Under the pieces are notes generated by a model, which saw only the letters and a list, made by a program, of their open reading frames with translations, did no database searches and was not told where the DNA came from. Positions 56,425 through 64,000 of a stretch of DNA of 64,000 bases are shown piece after piece. Position 1 is the first letter of the stretch. Every line of letters starts with the position of its first letter. The position numbers and the translations under genes are program-made. The DNA lies in NCBI GenBank assembly GCA_951406725.2, contig OX597816.1, positions 162,254,001 to 162,318,000 of the forward strand, given 5' to 3'. This DNA is from Octopus vulgaris. Its lineage: Eukaryota.

Positions 56425-56610
56425 TATTCTTGTATTTGTTTCAGTCATTTGACTTTGGCCATGCTGAAGCACCACCTTAAAGGGACTTATCCATTCTAAG
56501 CCTAGAACTTATTCTATCGGTCGCTTTTTGTCGAACCGCTAAGGTTACGGGGGTCGTAAACACACCAACATCAGTTGTCAAGCGATGGTAGGGAGACAAA
56601 CAGACACAAA
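56425..56610 (-). mobile_element. SINE family A 3' half
   Basis: ttgtttcagtcatttgact...gaaccgctaagg...gttgtcaagcgatgg. Confidence 0.75.
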
Positions 56611-56623
56611 AACACATACATAC

Positions 56624-56684
<61 letters not shown>

Positions 56685-57099
56685 TATTTGTAAGCGGAAC
56701 AGTGAACATATGTATGGTTTTCTCAAGTTCAAATTGAGATATTTCTTTTGTTATCAACATTCCATCACTGGAGCTTTGTATCTTTCGGCGAATATAGCTC
56801 TTTGTTCAATGGGAGAATTCAAATAATTAAAAATAGAGGCGAACACACACATACGCATAAATACATAAATACATCCATACCTCCATACATTCATGCATAC
56901 ATACATACATGCATGCATACATACATACATACATACATACACACATACATACATACGGACACATGTAAGTCTGTCATGCAATAACGAATTTAACCATTGG
57001 CCACAATCGATAAAATCAGGTTCAATGCCATCTCGTACGTTTGTGTGCATGTATGTGAGTGTATGTATATGAATGTATTTGTATCTACATATATTATAA

Positions 57100-57142
<43 letters not shown>

Positions 57143-57250
57143 CATATATGGATATAGCTATGTTTATATATGTGCATGTGTGTTTAAATAATGTATAAAT
57201 ATATGCATATATGAATACATATAAAATAAACACGCACACACACAAACACA

Positions 57251-57343
<93 letters not shown>

Positions 57344-57657
57344 TAATACATACACGCCTGCACTCATGCACACATACACACACACATGCACACACTGAGG
57401 GATTGCAATCACAGTTGCTAACAGTGACCGACTAGTTTCATCATGGTAGAGAATCATCAGACAATGAGTTTTAATGAAATTAGAAGGTTATTTTATATTA
57501 CTTCTAATTTCATTAGAACTTTTATAAACACATTCATTCATGCAGTTGCTTCAGGATGTGCATGTGTGTTAGCCTTTGTGTGTTTCTGGATGGTAGTCCG
57601 TGTTTGTGGAACTCGTTGGATTTAATGATGTTTGAGAAATGTTTAGAAATGATTTTA

Positions 57658-58093
57658 AAAGGAATGGTTAGCTCCACAAGGGAAATTTTTTTTAAAAGCG
57701 TTAAAAATAAAACGTAAATATCAAACGAATGTTCTCAAGCTATGGCTTGGGGTCCAGAATTGATATTCTCCAAATTGGTGTACCTTGAAGATTAAGTATG
57801 TAAGGGTTTCAAATTTTTGGAAAACGGCCAGCATTTTGGGAGCGGGATGTTCAAGTCAGTTACATCGACCCTAGTGAAAGGAATGGTTAGCTCAAGAAGG
57901 GAAATTTTTTTTAAAAGCGTTAAAAAAAACGTAAATGTCAAACGAATGTTCTCAAGCTATGGCTTGGGGTCCAGAATTGATATTCTCCAAATTGGTGTAC
58001 CTTGAAGATTAAGTATGTAAGGCTTTCAAAGTTTTGGAAAACGGCCAGCATTTTGGGAGCGGGATGTTCAAGTCAGTTACATCGACCCTAGTG
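57658..58093 (+). repeat. Recent ~218-bp tandem duplication
   Basis: Units 57658-57876 and 57877-58093 (aaaggaatggttagctc...atcgaccctagtg), nearly identical. Confidence 0.9.
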
Positions 58094-58890
58094 CTCAACT
58101 GGCTCTTATTTAATCGATTCCGAAAGTATAAAAGGTGAAGTCGACCTTGATGGAATTTGAACTCAGAATATAAAGACGGACGAAATGCCGCTAAGCATTA
58201 TGTCTGATGTGCTAACGATTCTGCTAGATCGCTGCCTTGAGATTTAGGTCAATATTCTTTTCTACTCTCGGCACAAGGGACGAAATTTTTGGGGTAGGGA
58301 ACCAGTCGATTAGATCGATTCCAATACGCAATTCGTACTTGATTTATCGACCCCGATAGGATCAAAGGCAAAGTCGACCTCAGCGGAATTTAAACTCAGA
58401 ACGTAAAGACAGACGAAATGCCTCTAAGCATTTTGCCCGGCGTGCTAACGTTTCTTATTTCTTTATTGCTCACAAGGGGCTAAACCTAGAGGGGACAAAG
58501 AAGGACAAAGGGATAAAGTCGATTACATCGACTCAAGTGCATAACTGGTACTTGATTTATCGACCCCGAAAGGATAAAAGGCAAAGTCGAACTCGGCGGA
58601 ATTTGAACACAGAACATAACACAGACGAAATACTGCTAAGCATTTCGACCGGCGTGCTAACGTTTCTTCTAGCTCACCGCCTTAGGATTAGGCCAATATT
58701 GATGTCAAATTTTGGCACGAGGCCAGCAATTTTGGAGGAAGCAATAGTCGATTCTATCGAACCCAGTGCTCGACTGGTACTTATTTTAATCGAATCCGAA
58801 AGGATAAATGGTAAAGTCGACCCCGGTGGAATTTGAACTCAGAACGTAAAGACGGGCGAAATGCTAACGATTCTACCAGCTCGCTGCCTT
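58040..58890 (-). mobile_element. Cluster of four SINE family B units
   Basis: aagtcgac...ggaattt(g/a)aac cores near 58140, 58375, 58585 and 58818. Confidence 0.8.
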
Positions 58891-58935
58891 GAGGATTAAG
58901 TCAATATTAATGATTTTTAAAAATATTAAGTCAAT

Positions 58936-59372
58936 TACTCTTTTGTACTCTTTTACTCTTTTACTTGTTTCAGTCATTTGACTGCGGCCATGCTGGGGCA
59001 CCGCCTTTAATCGAGCTACTCGACCCCGGGACTTATTCTTTTGTAAGCCCAGTACTTATTCTATCGGTCTCTTTTGCCGAACCGCTAAGTAACGGGACAT
59101 AAACACACCAGCATCAGTTGTTAAGCAATGCTAGGGGGTCAAACACAGACACACAAAAACACACAAACACACACACACACACACACATATAATATATATA
59201 CATATATACGACGGGCTTCTTTCAGTTTCCGTCTACCAAATCTACTCACAAGGCTTTGGTCAGCCCGAGGCTATAGTAGAAGACACTTGCTCAAGGTGCC
59301 ACGCAGTGGGACTGAACCTGGAACCATGTGGATGGTAAACAAGCTACTTACCACACAGCCACTCCTGCGCCT
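58936..59372 (-). mobile_element. SINE family A, full length
   Basis: As 29067-29497. Confidence 0.9.
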
Positions 59373-59473
59373 GATTTTTAAAATATGTTTTGTTATAAAG
59401 GCGGAGAACTGGCAGAATCGTCAGCACGCCTTGCAAAATGCTTAGCGGCATTTCGTCCGGCTTTACATTCTGA

Positions 59474-60122
<649 letters not shown>

Positions 60123-60463
60123 TTTATGTTATGAGTTCAAATTCCGCTGAGGTCAAATTTGCTTTTCATCCTTTCCGGATCAATAAAATAAGTACCAGTC
60201 AAGTACTTGGGTTGATACAATCGACTATGCCCACCTCGCTCACGCCCCGAAGATGTGTGCTAAAATTTGAATCAATCTTAACGTTTAAACAATTGGTTTG
60301 CTTTCTGTTGTACACTAAGCGTTCGCTTTACCCCCCCCCCCCACACACTTCTCTTGCGAGTGTTGGTGTGTGGACAGTTTTTAATGAGAAGGTTAATGTC
60401 ATCAAAACTGGGAGAGGGCACTGTGGTATATTTATGTACTGTGTCACATTTGAATATCTCATC

Positions 60464-61637
60464 GCCTCCACCACCGCTACCAGCTCCACCACCGCTGCCA
60501 GCTCCACCACCACCACCACCACCACCACCACCACCACCACCACCACCACCACCACCACCACCACCACCACCACCACCGCCACCACCACCGCCGCCGCCGC
60601 CACAACCATCTTCAATGTGGACAACAACAGCAACATGAACAATATCTTCAATATTGTCATCAACCCTACCACGAGCATCTTATCCATCACCATCATCATC
60701 ACCACCAGCACCACCAGCACCACCACCGCCACTACCGACAAAACCAGATGCACCACCACGACGGCCATCACCACCGCCGCCCCCCACCTCCACTACCACG
60801 ATCAACAACGACAATGACACCACCATCATTACCACAACTAGCGCCTTGCCCATGACCACCTCCAACACCACAAGCACCCCAACGCTCAATGCCACTACCA
60901 GCACCGCCGCCGCCGCCGCCGAAGACGCCTACACCGGTACGCCGCCCGTCATTAAATACCTCGGTTACAACTACTGCCGGCGCCGCCACCACCACCACCA
61001 CCACCACGACCACCGCCACCACCACCGCCACTACCACCACAACCAACACTACCACCACAACCAACACCAAAACTACAAACTACAAACATCGTCAGACCAC
61101 CACAAACATCACCACCACCACTACCACCATCACCACCACCAACACCATCACCACCGCTAGCACCACCACCAACATCACCACCACCACCACCACCACCACC
61201 ACCACCGCCGCCGCCGCCGCCACCACCACCACCGCCGCCGCCGCCGCCGCCATCACCACCATCACCACCACCATCACCACCACCACCACCACCACCACCA
61301 CCACCACCACCACCACCACCACCACCACCACCACCACCACCACCACCGCCGCCGCCGCCACCACCGCCGCCGCCGCCGCCACCACCGCCGCCGCCGCCGC
61401 CATCACCACCATCACCACCACCATCACCACCACCATCACCACCACCATCATCACCACCACCATCACCACCACCATCACCACCACCACCACCGCCGCCACC
61501 ACCGCCGCCGCCGCCGCCATCACCACCATCACCACCACCATCACCACCACCATCACCACCGCCGCCGCCGCCGCCACCTCCACCGCCGCCGCCGCCACCA
61601 CCACCGCCGCCGCCGCCGCCGCCATCACCACCATCAT
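60464..61637. repeat. GC-rich (ACC)/(GCC)/(ATC) trinucleotide array
   Basis: Directly visible. Confidence 0.93.
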
Positions 61638-61706
61638 ATTGAAGGTTGGCACCGTCTCCAGCAAATAACAATTGCAGCTTCGATCGAAGAGTCTTTGATC
61701 TGTTTG

Positions 61707-61759
<53 letters not shown>

Positions 61760-62368
61760 AAAAAAAAAAAAAAAGTCCAAATCAACAACATAAAAAAAAA
61801 CTGCATACAAAACAAACAAACAAACAAATAAATAAATAAACAGATAAACTGTGTTGTTTAGTGAAGTAGAGTGTATAGCAAAAATTTGGACCAGACTCCC
61901 GCCCGCCTCTTCCGTGTCTTGCAGACATTGATCAGCAGATGCTAAAGCAAGACTTCAGCGACATCAATTTCATCGGTCTGCTAGGCCTTGTAAAGGTCAT
62001 GGGCACTGCCCCGCCTTTAAAGAAAAGCACTTCAAAAATGAATATATTATTAATAAAGGGTTCGGTGGCGGGTGGCGGCGGGTGGCGGTTGTGGATTCTA
62101 TTTCCTAATTATAATGCTAACGTTATTTTTATGTGTGTGTGGATGTATACGGATGCATCTCATGTATTGCATGTGAGTGTGTGAGTGTGTGCGTGCGTGT
62201 GTGTGTGTGTGCGTGTGTGTGTGTGTGCGTGTGTGTGTGTGTGTGCGTGCGTGTGTGTGTGTTTGCATGTTCAGGTGAATGCGTATGTGTGTTTAAAAGC
62301 AAGAAAGAATATGTTGATGTGAATGTATTTTGCCTCTGTTATATATTGTGTGAACTTATATCTATCTA

Positions 62369-63790
<1,422 letters not shown>

Positions 63791-64000
63791 TTTTTTATCT
63801 AAAATCTATCTATCTCATAAACGAGGTTACAGGATATGAATATACACATGTACATACCATACATACGTATATATTTACATGTACGTATGCATATATACAC
63901 ACATATATATATATACATATATATATATATGTATGTATATATACACATATATATGCATGCAAATATATACACATACACACATATATAGGTATGTACATAT

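Noticed and set aside
60131-61827. Mucin-like Thr/Ala or Gly-rich protein gene, or a processed retrocopy ending in poly(A) at 61707-61755
   Set aside because: Several frames on both strands are open because of ACC/GCC repeats. There is no signal peptide or TSD, and the A run grades into other A-rich simple repeats.

Overview
AT-rich eukaryotic non-coding DNA, either intronic or intergenic. The repeat content suggests a coleoid cephalopod (Octopus-like), but that is an inference. No intact host gene is recognisable, and almost all ORFs in the track are translations of microsatellites. The window is a mosaic of simple repeats and nested transposon relics: three tRNA-headed SINE families, CR1/L2-, RTE- and R4/Dong-type LINE fragments, a deleted mariner, a Tc1/mariner MITE and three non-autonomous Helitrons. 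It also holds many Penelope-like element (PLE) pieces carrying minimal type I hammerhead ribozyme (HHR) motifs, often as inverted pairs. Three observations stand out. (1) One PLE has a tRNA-Ile-like Pol III head in its pseudo-LTR directly after the GIY-YIG stop codon; the same unit (tRNA head, microsatellite, HHR, tail) occurs twice more as head-to-head insertions whose + arm starts at tRNA nucleotide 1, a candidate PLE-mobilised, ribozyme-bearing SINE. (2) A TSD-flanked ORF1-only retroelement shares its 3' terminus with a SINE. (3) A tandem array repeats an LTR-end plus tRNA-Ser primer-binding-site unit. All calls were made by eye, and family names come from recalled motifs, not database searches.
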